A DNA stretch of 64,000 bases from Candidatus Omnitrophota bacterium (GTDB taxonomy: Bacteria > Omnitrophota > Gorgyraeia > Gygaellales > Profunditerraquicolaceae). Position numbers and translations under genes: made by a program. Below, in pieces: positions 32,104-42,742 of the stretch. The stretch covers positions 160,032 through 224,031 of the forward strand of contig JBEKSD010000001.1 of assembly GCA_049517335.1 (NCBI GenBank). The letters run 5' to 3'. How positions within the stretch are numbered: the stretch's first letter is position 1; the number at the start of each line of letters is the position of its first letter. The notes under the pieces were generated by a model that had not been told where the DNA came from, did no database searches, and saw only the letters and a list, made by a program, of their open reading frames with translations.

Positions 32104-32946
32104 ATGTTAACTTTTTGGCCTAAAAAAATAGTCGGGATAATTGGTTATGGTAATATGGGTTCAGCTATCGCCGAAAGGATAAAGACAAAATATCAGGTAC
32201 TAGTTTTTGACAAAGATGCAGAGAAGACAAGGAATCTTAAAAACGTAAAGGTATTTGACAATATTTTGGACCTCGCAGAAAAAGCCGATATCTTGATTTT
32301 AGCGGTAAAGCCACAGGATTTTGATACGTTACTAAAAGACATTAAGGAGAATATAGATAATAAATTGATTATTTCAATTGCTGCCGGTATTTCTACAAGG
32401 TATATTGAAAACATCTTAGGTACGGCAAGGGTTATCAGGGTAATGCCGAATATAGGGGCAATTGCCGGTAAAGCTACTTCTTGTCTTTGTAAGGGGAATC
32501 TTGCAAGCATGAAAGATTTAAAGTTTTCAGAAAGATTATTTAGAGGAATCGGTAAAACTTCGATAATTTCGGAAGATAAAATGCCTGTGGCGACAGCGGT
32601 CTCCGGTAGCGGTCCGGGATTTTATGCCGATAAGCGAGAGTCTAATTCCGAGGATTACAATCGCAATCCGCAAAAATTCTTAAAAGATTTCATAGTTTCT
32701 TTAGCCCGGGGAGGGGAAAAAGAAGGCCTTACTAAAAAAGAAGCTGAATTTCTAGCAAGCACTACTGGTGTAGCATCCGAGTATCTTATAGTCAAAATAA
32801 AAATTCCTCCTCTGAAATTAAAGCAGCAAGTTGCTTCTAAGGGTGGTACTACTGAAGCTGGATTAGCTGTATTGCATAGTGGAGGTTCGGTGGAGGACGC
32901 CGTAAAAGCAGCAAAGGCACAAGCGGAGAAATTATCGAAAGGATAA
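32104..32946 (+). CDS. proC: Pyrroline-5-carboxylate reductase
   Basis: GYGNMG, LAVKPQ, SIAAG, RVMPN, SGSGP and VASKGGTT. Confidence 0.92.
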   Translation: MLTFWPKKIVGIIGYGNMGSAIAERIKTKYQVLVFDKDAEKTRNLKNVKVFDNILDLAEKADILILAVKPQDFDTLLKDIKENIDNKLIISIAAGISTRYIENILGTARVIRVMPNIGAIAGKATSCLCKGNLASMKDLKFSERLFRGIGKTSIISEDKMPVATAVSGSGPGFYADKRESNSEDYNRNPQKFLKDFIVSLARGGEKEGLTKKEAEFLASTTGVASEYLIVKIKIPPLKLKQQVASKGGTTEAGLAVLHSGGSVEDAVKAAKAQAEKLSKG

Positions 32947-32949
32947 AAT

Positions 32950-33810
32950 ATGGGGCGTATCGGTATTATCGGCGGAAGCGGGCTTTATAAAATAGAAGGA
33001 ATCAAGATTAAGAAAGAAGTTTTGGTAAATACGCCTTTTGGCAGGCCTTCCGGTAAATTCATTATCGGCGAGCTTGAAGGGAAAGAAATCGTTTTTGTCC
33101 CCCGCCATGATGTCAGCCATTGGATCCCTCCTAGCCGCATCAATTACCGGGCAAATATCTTTGCTATGAAGAAGCTTGGAGTGGATAGGATTATTTCGGT
33201 ATCTGCCTGTGGAAGCCTTAAGGAAGAGCTTAAACCGCTTGATTTTGTAGCGGTTGACCAGTTTGTGGACCGCACTAATTCTGCGCGAGATATGAGTTTT
33301 TTTGATAAGGGAATAGTCGTTCATGTCGAATTAGCCCATCCTGTTTGTTCCGAGCTGCAAAAAGCAATCTATGAATCGGGAAGGGCGCTGAATTTGAGGA
33401 TTCATAACGCAGGTACCTATATAAATATGGAAGGCCCGGCTTTCTCAACTTTGGCAGAGTCGCGGCTTTATCGCAGCTGGGGTATGGATGTCATAGGAAT
33501 GACGAATTTTGCCGAGGCAAAATTGGCACGGGAAGCGGAAATATGTTATGCTACTTTGGCTGCAATTACGGATTATGACTGTTGGCATCCTGAACATGGC
33601 AGCGTTACGATAGAAATGATTATTGACAACCTGCGCAAGAATATAGAAAACGCAAAAAATATCCTTATAAGGTTGATTCGTAACTTGCCTCAAGATAAGC
33701 ATTGCCCTTGCGCCAGCGCACTTAAGCACGCAATAGTTACGGATAAGAGATTTATACCGAAAAAGATAAAAAAAGATCTGGATATAATAATCGGTAAGTA
33801 CGTAAAATAG
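32950..33810 (+). CDS. mtnP: S-methyl-5'-thioadenosine phosphorylase
   Basis: GIIGGSG, TPFGRPS, NYRANI, EGPAFST.AES and TDYDCW. Confidence 0.93.
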   Translation: MGRIGIIGGSGLYKIEGIKIKKEVLVNTPFGRPSGKFIIGELEGKEIVFVPRHDVSHWIPPSRINYRANIFAMKKLGVDRIISVSACGSLKEELKPLDFVAVDQFVDRTNSARDMSFFDKGIVVHVELAHPVCSELQKAIYESGRALNLRIHNAGTYINMEGPAFSTLAESRLYRSWGMDVIGMTNFAEAKLAREAEICYATLAAITDYDCWHPEHGSVTIEMIIDNLRKNIENAKNILIRLIRNLPQDKHCPCASALKHAIVTDKRFIPKKIKKDLDIIIGKYVK

Positions 33811-33812
33811 AT

Positions 33813-36608
33813 ATGGATTACAAGAATACCCTTAATTTGCCTCAGACTAAATTCCCGATGAAGGCGGATCTACCCAGGCGGGAGCCGGTATTGTTAAAAT
33901 CATGGGAAGGAAGAGGAATTTATAAGCTCATCCTTTCTAAAAGTAAAGATAGGCCTAAATATATCCTGCATGACGGCCCGCCTTACGCAAACGGGGATAT
34001 CCATATAGGTCATGCTTTAAATAAAACCTTAAAAGATATTATCATCAAGTATAAGACAATGAAGGGATGCTATTCGCCGTATGTCCCGGGCTGGGATTGC
34101 CATGGCCTGCCTATTGAGCATGCCCTTTTTAAAGAATTAAAAATAAACAAACAAGAGATACCTCAGATAGATTTCAGGAAAAAAGCTTATGGATATGCAA
34201 TGAAATACGTAGAGAACCAGAAAGTCCAGTTTAAAAGACTCGGTGTTTTTGGCGATTGGGAGAATCCTTATTTGACATTAAGCCGCGAATATGAAGAAGC
34301 GATAGTTGCGTCATTTAACGAATTGTTCAAGAAGGGCTATATTTACAGGGGGTTTAAGCCGGTTAACTGGTGCTTCAGGTGCGAGACAGCGCTGGCAGAA
34401 GCAGAAGTAGAGTACGAAGATCATACTTCGCCTTCCGTTTACGTTAAATTTAAATTGGAAGAGGGTAAGGATTTCGGCAAAGACAGTTTTCTGGTCATCT
34501 GGACCACTACGCCGTGGACTTTACTTGCTAATGTTGCCGTTAGCGTGCACCCGGATTTAATCTATTCTTACGTTGAAACTGAAAAAGGCAACCTCATTAT
34601 TGCTGGGGAGCTTCTTGAAAAATCTGTTTCCGATATGGGGCTTGAAAAAATTAAAATTATAAAGGAATTTCAGGGGAACAAATTAGAAGGCCTGATTTAT
34701 ACGCATCCATTCGGACTAAGAAAAGGTAGAGTCGTTCTGGCGGATTATGTTTCAAAGGAGGAAGGAACCGGCCTTGTGCATACCGCTCCCGGGCATGGGC
34801 TTGAGGATTATCAAACCGGCTTGAGGTATAAGTTAGATATAATCATGCCGGTTGACGCAAAGGGAAGATTTGATCCTACGGTTGAGGAATTTAGCGGGAT
34901 GAATGTTTATGACGCAAATAAAGTTATTATTGAGAAGCTGCAGAAAATAGGCGCCCTTCTTTTTGAATCAAAAGTTTCTCACTCATACCCGCATTGCTGG
35001 CGTTGTAAAAACCCGATAATATTCCGGGCTACCAAACAATGGTTTTTGTCTATAGATAAAGACAGCTTGCGGGATAAGCTTATCCGCGCGATAGAAGAGG
35101 ATGTAACATGGGTTCCGGCTTCAGGCAAAGACAGGATTTCTGCGATGGTGAAGTTACGGCCCGATTGGTGTCTTTCCCGCCAGCGCTATTGGGGGGTGCC
35201 GGTGCCGGCTTTAGTTTGCCTTGAGTGTAAAGAAGAATTTTTTACCCCTGAGGTGATAGAAAAATTTTCTCAGCTTGTAGCAAAAGAAGGCACGGATTGC
35301 TGGTTTACAAGAAAGATAGAAGATTTCTTGCCTCAAGGCTTAACCTGCCCTGTCTGCGGAAAAGGTAAAACGTTTTCCAAGGGCTCGGATATCCTTGATG
35401 TATGGTTTGACTCCGGAGTCAGCAGCCAGGCGGTATTAAAGAAAAGGAAAGAGCTAGGCGGAGTGCCTGCGGATTTATATCTGGAAGGCTCTGACCAACA
35501 CAGAGGGTGGTTCCAGTCTTCGCTTATTCTGGGTATGTGCATAGATAATGCTCCCTCTTTTAAGACAGTGCTGACGCACGGATTTGTGGTGGACGGGGAA
35601 GGCAGGAAGATGTCCAAGTCCTTAGGCAATGTAATTTCCCCTTTTGATATTATCAAAGATTACGGAGCGGATATTTTAAGGATGTGGGTAGCTTCAAGCG
35701 ACTATAACGAAGATATCCGTATCTCCAAAGAGATATTAACCCGGCTTTCCGAAGCATACCGCAAGATCAGGAATACCGCTAGATTTATCTTAAGTAACCT
35801 TTATGATTTTAATCCGGATACTGATAAAGTCAGTTATGAGAACCTTAGAAAGATAGATAAATGGATTCTATTCAGAATGGAATTCGTTTTAAACATTGTA
35901 ACTACTGCATATGGCACAGAAGCTAACCCTACTTTTGAATTCCATAAAGCATACAAAACTATTTATGATTTTTGCAATGAAGACCTTTCTATGTTTTACC
36001 TGGATACGGTAAAAGGCAGGCTTTATACTTATAGGGCGGACTCGTCAGAGAGACGTTCTGCCCAGACAGCTATTTATGAAGTATTGAATTGTTTGGTGCG
36101 GATGCTTGCGCCTATTCTCGTTTTTACTTCGGAAGAGATCTGGCAGATTATGCCTAAAGAAAGCAAAGATAAAGAAACCGGCAGTATTCATATTGCGTCT
36201 TTCCCCATAAAAAATTCTGTCTTCGCGCAAGATAATGCCAAGGTTAATATAGATGAAGAGTTAAAACCGGGAATTGAATTAAGACAAGAGGTGGCAAAAA
36301 AAATAGAAGAATTGCGCGGGAAAGGCGCCATAGGAAGTTCTTTTGACGCCAAAATAAATCTATTGACAAATGACCCCGCTCGGTATACATTTTTAGAAAG
36401 CTTAAAAAGCGATCTTTGCGAGATTTTCAAGGTTTCACAGGTTGAAGTCAGAAATGCCGCTAATGTAACTGAGTTTACGGTGGAGGCAGTTAACGCGCAG
36501 GGGAAAAAATGCGTGCGCTGCTGGAATTATTCCTCTGCCGTGGGTAGCGATAAAACCCACAGCGGGCTCTGCGATAACTGTTTGAAGGCAATAGGAGAAG
36601 AAAAATAG
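33813..36608 (+). CDS. ileS: Isoleucine--tRNA ligase (type 1)
   Basis: HIGH, GWDCHGLP, WCLSRQRYWG, EGSDQHRGWF, KMSKS and C-terminal CxRCW zinc motif. Confidence 0.98.
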   Translation: MDYKNTLNLPQTKFPMKADLPRREPVLLKSWEGRGIYKLILSKSKDRPKYILHDGPPYANGDIHIGHALNKTLKDIIIKYKTMKGCYSPYVPGWDCHGLPIEHALFKELKINKQEIPQIDFRKKAYGYAMKYVENQKVQFKRLGVFGDWENPYLTLSREYEEAIVASFNELFKKGYIYRGFKPVNWCFRCETALAEAEVEYEDHTSPSVYVKFKLEEGKDFGKDSFLVIWTTTPWTLLANVAVSVHPDLIYSYVETEKGNLIIAGELLEKSVSDMGLEKIKIIKEFQGNKLEGLIYTHPFGLRKGRVVLADYVSKEEGTGLVHTAPGHGLEDYQTGLRYKLDIIMPVDAKGRFDPTVEEFSGMNVYDANKVIIEKLQKIGALLFESKVSHSYPHCWRCKNPIIFRATKQWFLSIDKDSLRDKLIRAIEEDVTWVPASGKDRISAMVKLRPDWCLSRQRYWGVPVPALVCLECKEEFFTPEVIEKFSQLVAKEGTDCWFTRKIEDFLPQGLTCPVCGKGKTFSKGSDILDVWFDSGVSSQAVLKKRKELGGVPADLYLEGSDQHRGWFQSSLILGMCIDNAPSFKTVLTHGFVVDGEGRKMSKSLGNVISPFDIIKDYGADILRMWVASSDYNEDIRISKEILTRLSEAYRKIRNTARFILSNLYDFNPDTDKVSYENLRKIDKWILFRMEFVLNIVTTAYGTEANPTFEFHKAYKTIYDFCNEDLSMFYLDTVKGRLYTYRADSSERRSAQTAIYEVLNCLVRMLAPILVFTSEEIWQIMPKESKDKETGSIHIASFPIKNSVFAQDNAKVNIDEELKPGIELRQEVAKKIEELRGKGAIGSSFDAKINLLTNDPARYTFLESLKSDLCEIFKVSQVEVRNAANVTEFTVEAVNAQGKKCVRCWNYSSAVGSDKTHSGLCDNCLKAIGEEK

Positions 36609-36991
36609 TGAAAAATAAATTTACGAAAAAAGAGCTGTCGGAATTTAAAAAAATAGTTTTAAAAAAGAAAGACGAGCTTTTGGAAGATATCCAGCATATT
36701 TCGGATGATACCCTGAAGAAGTCCCAGAAGGAAGCGTCTGGAGATATTTCCGGTTATACCTATCACATGGCTGACGTGGCAACCGATAGTTATGACCGCG
36801 AATTCTCGCTGGGCCTTGCCTCAAGCGAGAGGAAATTTATCTACGAGCTTGATGATGCCTTAAAGAGAATAGAAGAAGGCACCTTCGGTATATGCCAGGA
36901 CTGTAAATCTTTAATATCAAAGAGCAGGCTTAAGGCTGTTCCCTATGCGCGCAGTTGCGTAAAGTGCCAGGAAAAAAGGGAGAAGAGGTAA
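36608..36991 (+). CDS. TraR/DksA C4-type zinc finger protein
   Basis: Coiled coil with HMADVATD, ALKRIEEGTFGICQDC and RLKAVP..CVKC. Confidence 0.88.
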   Translation: MKNKFTKKELSEFKKIVLKKKDELLEDIQHISDDTLKKSQKEASGDISGYTYHMADVATDSYDREFSLGLASSERKFIYELDDALKRIEEGTFGICQDCKSLISKSRLKAVPYARSCVKCQEKREKR

Positions 36992-37005
36992 TTTTATCTC
37001 ATCAG

Positions 37006-37443
37006 GTGATCTTTTTTATCATCGTTTCGGTAATCCTTGTCTTAGACCGTGTAAGTAAAATTCTCGTCACCAAATACCTTAGCCTTAATAGCTCTGTACC
37101 CCTGATTAAGGGGGTGTTCCATATCAGCCTTGTGCATAACCGGGGCGGTGCGTTTGGCCTGTTAAGAAATCAGCTCCCGTTCTTTATCCTGACTTCGCTT
37201 GTCGCAGTAATACTTATTTGGCGCTCCTTACGGGCCGATAAGCACAACAAAGTTTATACAATAGCGTTAAGCTTAATTCTCGCCGGAGCTTTAGGTAATT
37301 TAATTGACCGTGTATTTTACGGATACGTTATTGATTTTCTTGATTTTCGTATCTGGCCTGTCTTCAATGTAGCTGACAGCGCCATTACCGTAGGCGCACT
37401 TATTTTAGGCTGGGGTATAATATTTAATAAAAATGCATCCTGA
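37006..37443 (+). CDS. lspA: Signal peptidase II (GTG start inferred)
   Basis: NRGGAFG, GALGNLIDR, VIDF and FNVADSAI. Confidence 0.95.
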   Translation: MIFFIIVSVILVLDRVSKILVTKYLSLNSSVPLIKGVFHISLVHNRGGAFGLLRNQLPFFILTSLVAVILIWRSLRADKHNKVYTIALSLILAGALGNLIDRVFYGYVIDFLDFRIWPVFNVADSAITVGALILGWGIIFNKNAS

Positions 37444-38125
37444 AATTTGCAGAATCGGTCCTCTGGTAATTTATTCTTACGGTTTAATGCTCGTTATCGC
37501 GTTTACCTGCGCGGTGAGCCTGGCTTCGGCTGAAGCAAAGAGGCAGAATATTGACTCCGAAGCAATCTTCAACGTTTGTTTTCTGGCATTCATATCCGGG
37601 ATTATCGGTGCCCGTATATTGTATGTCGTTGAGCATTTCAAAGATTATTTAGGCGCTCCGCTTGAAATCATCATGATTCAGCACGGCGGACTCTCTTGGT
37701 TCGGCGGGCTTATTTTCGGGGTGCTTTCAGGCCTGATATATTTAAGGATTAAGAAGCTACCTGTCTTAAAAGTCCTTGATATTATCGCGCCTTACATCGC
37801 CTTAGCCCAAAGCATAGGCAGGATTGGTTGTTATTTTAACGGTTGCTGTTATGGCAGTACGCCCTATTTGCCGACGCAAATCTATTCATCGTTACTCCTG
37901 CTTCTGATTTTTCTGTTCTTAAGAAACTTCCAGTTCAGGCCGCATAAAGAAGGGCAGGTCATTGTTCTCTACCTTATCCTCTATTCTGTCAAAAGGTTTT
38001 TTATAGAGTTCTGGCGCCTTGAGCATAGCCCCATTTTATTCGGCTTGAACTTATTCCAATTAATTAGTATCGTCGTATTTATTACGGCGTTATTAATCCA
38101 TCGCGCGATAAAAATAAAAAAGTAA
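37433..38125 (+). CDS. lgt: Prolipoprotein diacylglyceryl transferase
   Basis: YSYGLM, GARILYV, GGLSWFGG, GRIGCYFNGCCYG and PTQIY. Confidence 0.93.
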   Translation: MHPEICRIGPLVIYSYGLMLVIAFTCAVSLASAEAKRQNIDSEAIFNVCFLAFISGIIGARILYVVEHFKDYLGAPLEIIMIQHGGLSWFGGLIFGVLSGLIYLRIKKLPVLKVLDIIAPYIALAQSIGRIGCYFNGCCYGSTPYLPTQIYSSLLLLLIFLFLRNFQFRPHKEGQVIVLYLILYSVKRFFIEFWRLEHSPILFGLNLFQLISIVVFITALLIHRAIKIKK

Positions 38126-38131
38126 CCATAC

Positions 38132-39034
38132 ATGAAAGAATATCTCCTGGAAGTTACTGCTGAATTTTCGGGTAAAAGACTTGATTTATTTTTAATGGAC
38201 GCTTTAAAAATGCTGGAGCCGGGTTTATCCCGCACTGCGGTGCAGAAGATAATCCTTAAGGGCAAGGTTCGTGTCGGGGGAGTGGAAAATACAAAGCCGC
38301 ACCATAAAGTAAAAGACGATGACGAGATTAAAGTTGTAATTGAAGATAAGAAGGAAGGCGGGATTAAAGCGGAAGATATTACGCTAGATGTTATTTATGA
38401 AGATGAAGACATTGCCGTAATTAATAAAGATGCGGGCATTGTGGTGCACCCTGCTCCGGGTAACTATGAACATACTATGGTTAATGCGTTGCTGTACCGT
38501 TTTAAAAAAATATCCGATATCAATCCCGGAAGGCCCGGTATAGTACACAGGCTTGATAAAGAAACCTCCGGGCTTCTGGTTATCGCCAAGAATAATGCCG
38601 CCCATTTGCATCTTACTAAACAGTTTGCCCAGCATTCCATTGAGCGTAAATACGTAGCAGTTGTCAGCGGTAAGGTCGAGTTTGACGAACACATCATAGA
38701 GGCCTCAATTGGAAGGCATCCCTTTAAAAGGACGAATATGTCGGTAAATTTTAGCGATAAATCAAAATATGCAAGGACATATTACCGTACTTTAAGGCGC
38801 AGCGATAGTTTGAGCTTGTTGGAATTAAAGCCTTTTACCGGCAGGACTCATCAGTTGAGGGTGCATCTTGCTTTTATCGGACATCCGGTTCTGGGAGACA
38901 TTAAATACGGCAGGAAAGGAAAATACATCCGTATGTTCCTACACGCCAAAGAAATAGGCTTCATCCATCCGCGTACCAATAAGTTTGTTAAATTCTCTAC
39001 GGAAATACCCAAAGAGTTCCTGGTACTGTTTTAA
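38132..39034 (+). CDS. rluD: RluA-family pseudouridine synthase (RluD-like)
   Basis: S4 domain RLD, GIVHRLDKETSG and TGRTHQLRVH. Confidence 0.9.
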   Translation: MKEYLLEVTAEFSGKRLDLFLMDALKMLEPGLSRTAVQKIILKGKVRVGGVENTKPHHKVKDDDEIKVVIEDKKEGGIKAEDITLDVIYEDEDIAVINKDAGIVVHPAPGNYEHTMVNALLYRFKKISDINPGRPGIVHRLDKETSGLLVIAKNNAAHLHLTKQFAQHSIERKYVAVVSGKVEFDEHIIEASIGRHPFKRTNMSVNFSDKSKYARTYYRTLRRSDSLSLLELKPFTGRTHQLRVHLAFIGHPVLGDIKYGRKGKYIRMFLHAKEIGFIHPRTNKFVKFSTEIPKEFLVLF

Positions 39035-39196
39035 TTTCCCCTTGCCGTAAGTTGCCTGTTCGTAAACTAACGTTATCCTGCCTCACATTAACTCAGTAAG
39101 TATAAACATGGTATCTTATCCTTATGCTGTTGGATTAAATCTTTTTGTGGCAGCAAGGATTAATTCGCAGACGCCCGCCACATTTCATTACGGGCT

Positions 39197-39236
39197 ACAA
39201 TTTATGTTCGTTCGTTTCACTCGCTCCATAAATTGT
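39197..39236. repeat. Short palindromic element
   Basis: Perfect 10-bp inverted repeat ACAATTTATG/CATAAATTGT around the loop TTCGTTCGTTTCACTCGCTC. Confidence 0.7.
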
Positions 39237-39255
39237 CTGCTCATTAAAAAATGTC

Positions 39256-39284
39256 TTGATTTTTGCCTATGCGATTGTTATATT
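39256..39284 (+). promoter_or_regulatory. Putative promoter of the coiled-coil gene and aroA
   Basis: TTGATT, 17 bp spacer, TG-n-TATATT. Confidence 0.5.
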
Positions 39285-39342
39285 AAAACAGTTAACTTTA
39301 AGAACTTACGTAAAAATTTTAAATTAAAGAGGGAGGGGCAAG

Positions 39343-40209
39343 ATGGGCAATAAAGCCAAAGTAGCCGTACTCATATTAATTATATTATTCATAGCTGCCT
39401 TAGCTTTGGCAGGCGGGGTATTTTATCTTTTGCAGCAGGAACACAATAAGAACGTAACTCTTCAGGGACAGCTTGATGATTTAAAAGAGCGGCAGCGCAT
39501 AACCGAGAACCAGCTTCAGGAATCAATAAAGACGGCTTCCGACTTGAACGTTAAACTTAAAGCTGTGCAAGAGCAGCTGGATTCTGTAAGTAATGAATTA
39601 AAGCAGGTAAAAGCGGATAAAGAAGCGGCGTTAAACAGGGTAGAGGAATTTAAGAGATACATGGGGCAGGCTAACAGTGAACGCGCGCTTTTAGAGGGTA
39701 GGCTGACCGTCGCCAACGAAGATATAAAGAAAGCCCAGGCAAGCTTAAAGGACATTCAGGACCAGAAAACCCAGCTTGAGAATAAAGTTAAAGAGCTCCA
39801 GACGCAAGTTCAGGGCATTGAGTTAGGCAAGATTGTGGTCAGCCCCGAAACCAAAGAAACGGCGAAGAAAGAAAATAAAAAGCTAGCTAAAGAAAAGAAG
39901 GGCGCCGCTCAAAAGAAAGCTCCGGAACCAAAACCGGCAGTTGAAGAAAATAAAGCAGCAGCTCCTACCGGCGCCTTGGAAGGCAAAGTTTTGGTCATAA
40001 ATAAAGAGTATAACTTTGCGGTGTTAAACCTCGGTAGTCGCGACGGTATTAATGTAGGGGACTCTTTCTCCGCATATCATAACGGTAATTATATCGGCGA
40101 TCTGGTAGTTGAAAAACTTCACGATTCCATGTCGGCTGCTAACTTCGTGAACCCTGACTTAAAAGATAAAATTGCCGAAGGCGATAAGGTTATGCAAAAG
40201 AGTAAATGA
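39343..40209 (+). CDS. Membrane-anchored coiled-coil protein with a C-terminal beta domain
   Basis: N-terminal TM, about 130-aa heptad-rich region, K/A/P-rich linker and a GKVLVIN..NLGSRDG domain; GGAGG RBS. Confidence 0.75.
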   Translation: MGNKAKVAVLILIILFIAALALAGGVFYLLQQEHNKNVTLQGQLDDLKERQRITENQLQESIKTASDLNVKLKAVQEQLDSVSNELKQVKADKEAALNRVEEFKRYMGQANSERALLEGRLTVANEDIKKAQASLKDIQDQKTQLENKVKELQTQVQGIELGKIVVSPETKETAKKENKKLAKEKKGAAQKKAPEPKPAVEENKAAAPTGALEGKVLVINKEYNFAVLNLGSRDGINVGDSFSAYHNGNYIGDLVVEKLHDSMSAANFVNPDLKDKIAEGDKVMQKSK

Positions 40210-41501
40210 AGCCCTTTGTAGTCAAGCCGCTTGAAAGGCTAAAAGGCTGGATTTCTCTTCCGGGCGATAAATCTATTGCCCACCGCGCTGTTATCTTTAG
40301 CGCTCTCGCCAGTGGAAAAACCCAAATTAAGAATTTTCCTGCGAATAACGATTGTCTTGCCACTATCTCCGTATTTAAACGATTAGGGATAAAAATAGTT
40401 AAAGGAAAAACAATCTCTGTCTACGGGAAAGGGCTTATGGGTTTAAAACCGTCCAAGGACCCCATTTTCGTAAAGGAGTCGGGAACGACTGTGCGCCTTC
40501 TGCTCGGAGTTTTGGCGGGGCAGAATTTTCAAACACTTATTTTGACGGGACGGGGTTTATCTAAGAGGCCGATGTTACGCGTAACAACGCCATTAAGATT
40601 AATGGGTGCAGTTATCCGCGGGCAAGAGTATCCGCCGATAACGATTAAAGGTGGTAATCTCAGAGCTATTAACTACAAAATACCGGTAGCATCTGCTCAG
40701 GTAAAATCCGCAATTCTTCTGGCGGGCCTTTACGCCAGGGGCAAAACAACAATTATTGAGTCAGTAAAAACGCGTGACCATACTGAACGGATGCTTAAAT
40801 TATTCGATGCATCTATAGAAAGTAAAAAGAACAAAATAACCGTTAAAGGGACCAAAGAATTGATTTCGCCTGCTAAAGTTTACGTTCCGGGAGATATTTC
40901 TTCCGCAGGTTTCTTTATCGTGGCTGCAACGATATTACCGGGTTCAAAAATCGTGATTAGAAAGGTAAGCTTAAATCCTTCTCGTACGGGGATTATTAAG
41001 GTATTAAAGAGAATGGGCGCAGATATTCAGTTACCAGCTTTAAAAACCCGGTTTTCTGCCGGCGAACCAATGGGGAATTTAACGGTAAAGAGCAGCCCCT
41101 TGAAAGGTGCGATAGTAAGGAAAGAAGAAATACCCTTTCTTATTGATGAATTACCTGTTTTAATGGTGGCAGCTTGCTTTGCTCGCGGCAGAACCGAATT
41201 TCAAGGTGTGGAAGAATTACGCATCAAAGAAACAGACAGGATTAAATCAATGTGCGTTAATCTGAAGAAAATGGGCGCTGATATTAAAGTAATTAAATCC
41301 AATCATTCAGAAAAAATCGTGGTTAAAGGCGTAAAGGGGCTGAAAGGCTCAAGGGTAAGCAGCTTTGGCGACCATCGCACGGCAATGAGCCTGGTTGTGG
41401 CGGGTTTAGCGGCAAAAGGTAACTCAAAAATAGATGATATCTCCTGTATATCTAAATCTTTCCCAGGTTTTATCAAGACCTTAAATACTTTAAAGAGCTA
41501 A
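40206..41501 (+). CDS. aroA: EPSP synthase
   Basis: PGDKSIAHR, SAQVKSA, RDHTERML, PGDISSA, KETDR and DHRTAM. Confidence 0.97.
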   Translation: MKPFVVKPLERLKGWISLPGDKSIAHRAVIFSALASGKTQIKNFPANNDCLATISVFKRLGIKIVKGKTISVYGKGLMGLKPSKDPIFVKESGTTVRLLLGVLAGQNFQTLILTGRGLSKRPMLRVTTPLRLMGAVIRGQEYPPITIKGGNLRAINYKIPVASAQVKSAILLAGLYARGKTTIIESVKTRDHTERMLKLFDASIESKKNKITVKGTKELISPAKVYVPGDISSAGFFIVAATILPGSKIVIRKVSLNPSRTGIIKVLKRMGADIQLPALKTRFSAGEPMGNLTVKSSPLKGAIVRKEEIPFLIDELPVLMVAACFARGRTEFQGVEELRIKETDRIKSMCVNLKKMGADIKVIKSNHSEKIVVKGVKGLKGSRVSSFGDHRTAMSLVVAGLAAKGNSKIDDISCISKSFPGFIKTLNTLKS

Positions 41502-41523
41502 CTTTTTATACATTCGCGGCTAA

Positions 41524-41562
41524 AAAATTGATATTTGGGTAGGGTCGCTCAGTATCAATTTT
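41524..41562. repeat. Short palindromic element / hairpin after aroA
   Basis: 10-bp inverted repeat AAAATTGATA/TATCAATTTT with an internal GGTCGCTC. Confidence 0.6.
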
Positions 41563-41591
41563 AGGCTAATGAAAATGACGTAAAAATTGAT

Positions 41592-41620
41592 TTGACATAG
41601 GGTTTAATCTCTGTTAAAAT
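41592..41620 (+). promoter_or_regulatory. mreB operon promoter
   Basis: TTGACA, 17 bp spacer, TG-n-TAAAAT. Confidence 0.75.
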
Positions 41621-41650
41621 TCCTAAACAGCTTTTCTAAGGGGGATTCAT

Positions 41651-42724
41651 ATGATTAATTTCAGGAAAATCGCTAAAAATACCGCTGATTACATCCATGG
41701 GCTCCTTTCCAATGATATAGGTATTGATTTGGGGACAGCCTCTACTTTGGTTTATGTGAAAGGGGAAGGCATTGTTATTTGTGAACCTTCGGTAGTAGCT
41801 ATTGAAAGAGGCACTACCCATGTTTTGGCAGTAGGTAGCGAAGCTAAACGTATGCTTGGCCGCACCCCCGGCAATATCGTAGCTATCAGACCGATGAAAG
41901 ACGGGGTTATCACGGATTTTGAGATAACCGAAGCCATGCTCAGGTACTTTATCAGAAAGGTCCGCCGCGGCCGTTTCCAGTTAAACCCCCGTATTGTCAT
42001 TGCTATACCTTCCGGCATCACGGAAGTTGAGAGGCGCGCGGTAAAGGAATCTGCCGAGCGTGCAGGGGGAAGGGAAGTATTCTTGATTGAAGAGCCTATT
42101 GCCGCTGCAATTGGGGTAGGGCTGCCGATACAGGAACCTTTGGGTAATATGATTATTGATGTTGGAGGCGGGACAACGGAAATTGCCGTCATATCTTTAG
42201 CCGGGACAGTATTCTCTAAGTCTATCAGGATAGGCGGCGATGAGATGGATGAGGCGATTGTAGAATACTTAAAGAAAACTTATAACCTGATGGTCGGCGA
42301 ACGTACCTCCGAAGAAATAAAAATAAAGATCGGTTCGGCTTATCCGTTAGAAGAAGAGATGAGCCTTGAGGTCAAGGGCAGAGATTTAGTTGCGGGCCTA
42401 CCCAAGACGGTTACTATTACTTCCGAAGAAATACGCGAAGCATTGCAAGAACCTGTACACGCGATAGTAGAAGCTACAAAGATTTCCCTAGAAAGGACGC
42501 CGCCGGAATTATCTTCAGACCTGATTGAACACGGCATTGTCATGGCCGGAGGCGGTTCCCTCTTAAGGGGCCTGGATAAACTCATTTCCGAAGAAACGGG
42601 TTTACCGGTGCATGTTGCTGACGATCCTCTGACTGCCGTTGCCAAAGGCACAGGCAAGGTTTTGGATGAAATACATTATCTAAAGAAACTTACCGTTCCC
42701 ATCAAAAGCGAAGTTCAACCTTAG
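41651..42724 (+). CDS. mreB: Rod shape-determining actin MreB
   Basis: [32 protein letters not shown] and AGGGSLL. Confidence 0.98.
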   Translation: MINFRKIAKNTADYIHGLLSNDIGIDLGTASTLVYVKGEGIVICEPSVVAIERGTTHVLAVGSEAKRMLGRTPGNIVAIRPMKDGVITDFEITEAMLRYFIRKVRRGRFQLNPRIVIAIPSGITEVERRAVKESAERAGGREVFLIEEPIAAAIGVGLPIQEPLGNMIIDVGGGTTEIAVISLAGTVFSKSIRIGGDEMDEAIVEYLKKTYNLMVGERTSEEIKIKIGSAYPLEEEMSLEVKGRDLVAGLPKTVTITSEEIREALQEPVHAIVEATKISLERTPPELSSDLIEHGIVMAGGGSLLRGLDKLISEETGLPVHVADDPLTAVAKGTGKVLDEIHYLKKLTVPIKSEVQP

Positions 42725-42742
42725 TTGATTTAGCAAACAGAT

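Noticed and set aside
39108-39353. 81-aa ORF between rluD and the coiled-coil gene
   Set aside because: It runs across a palindromic element and a promoter, has no RBS and has no recognisable domain.
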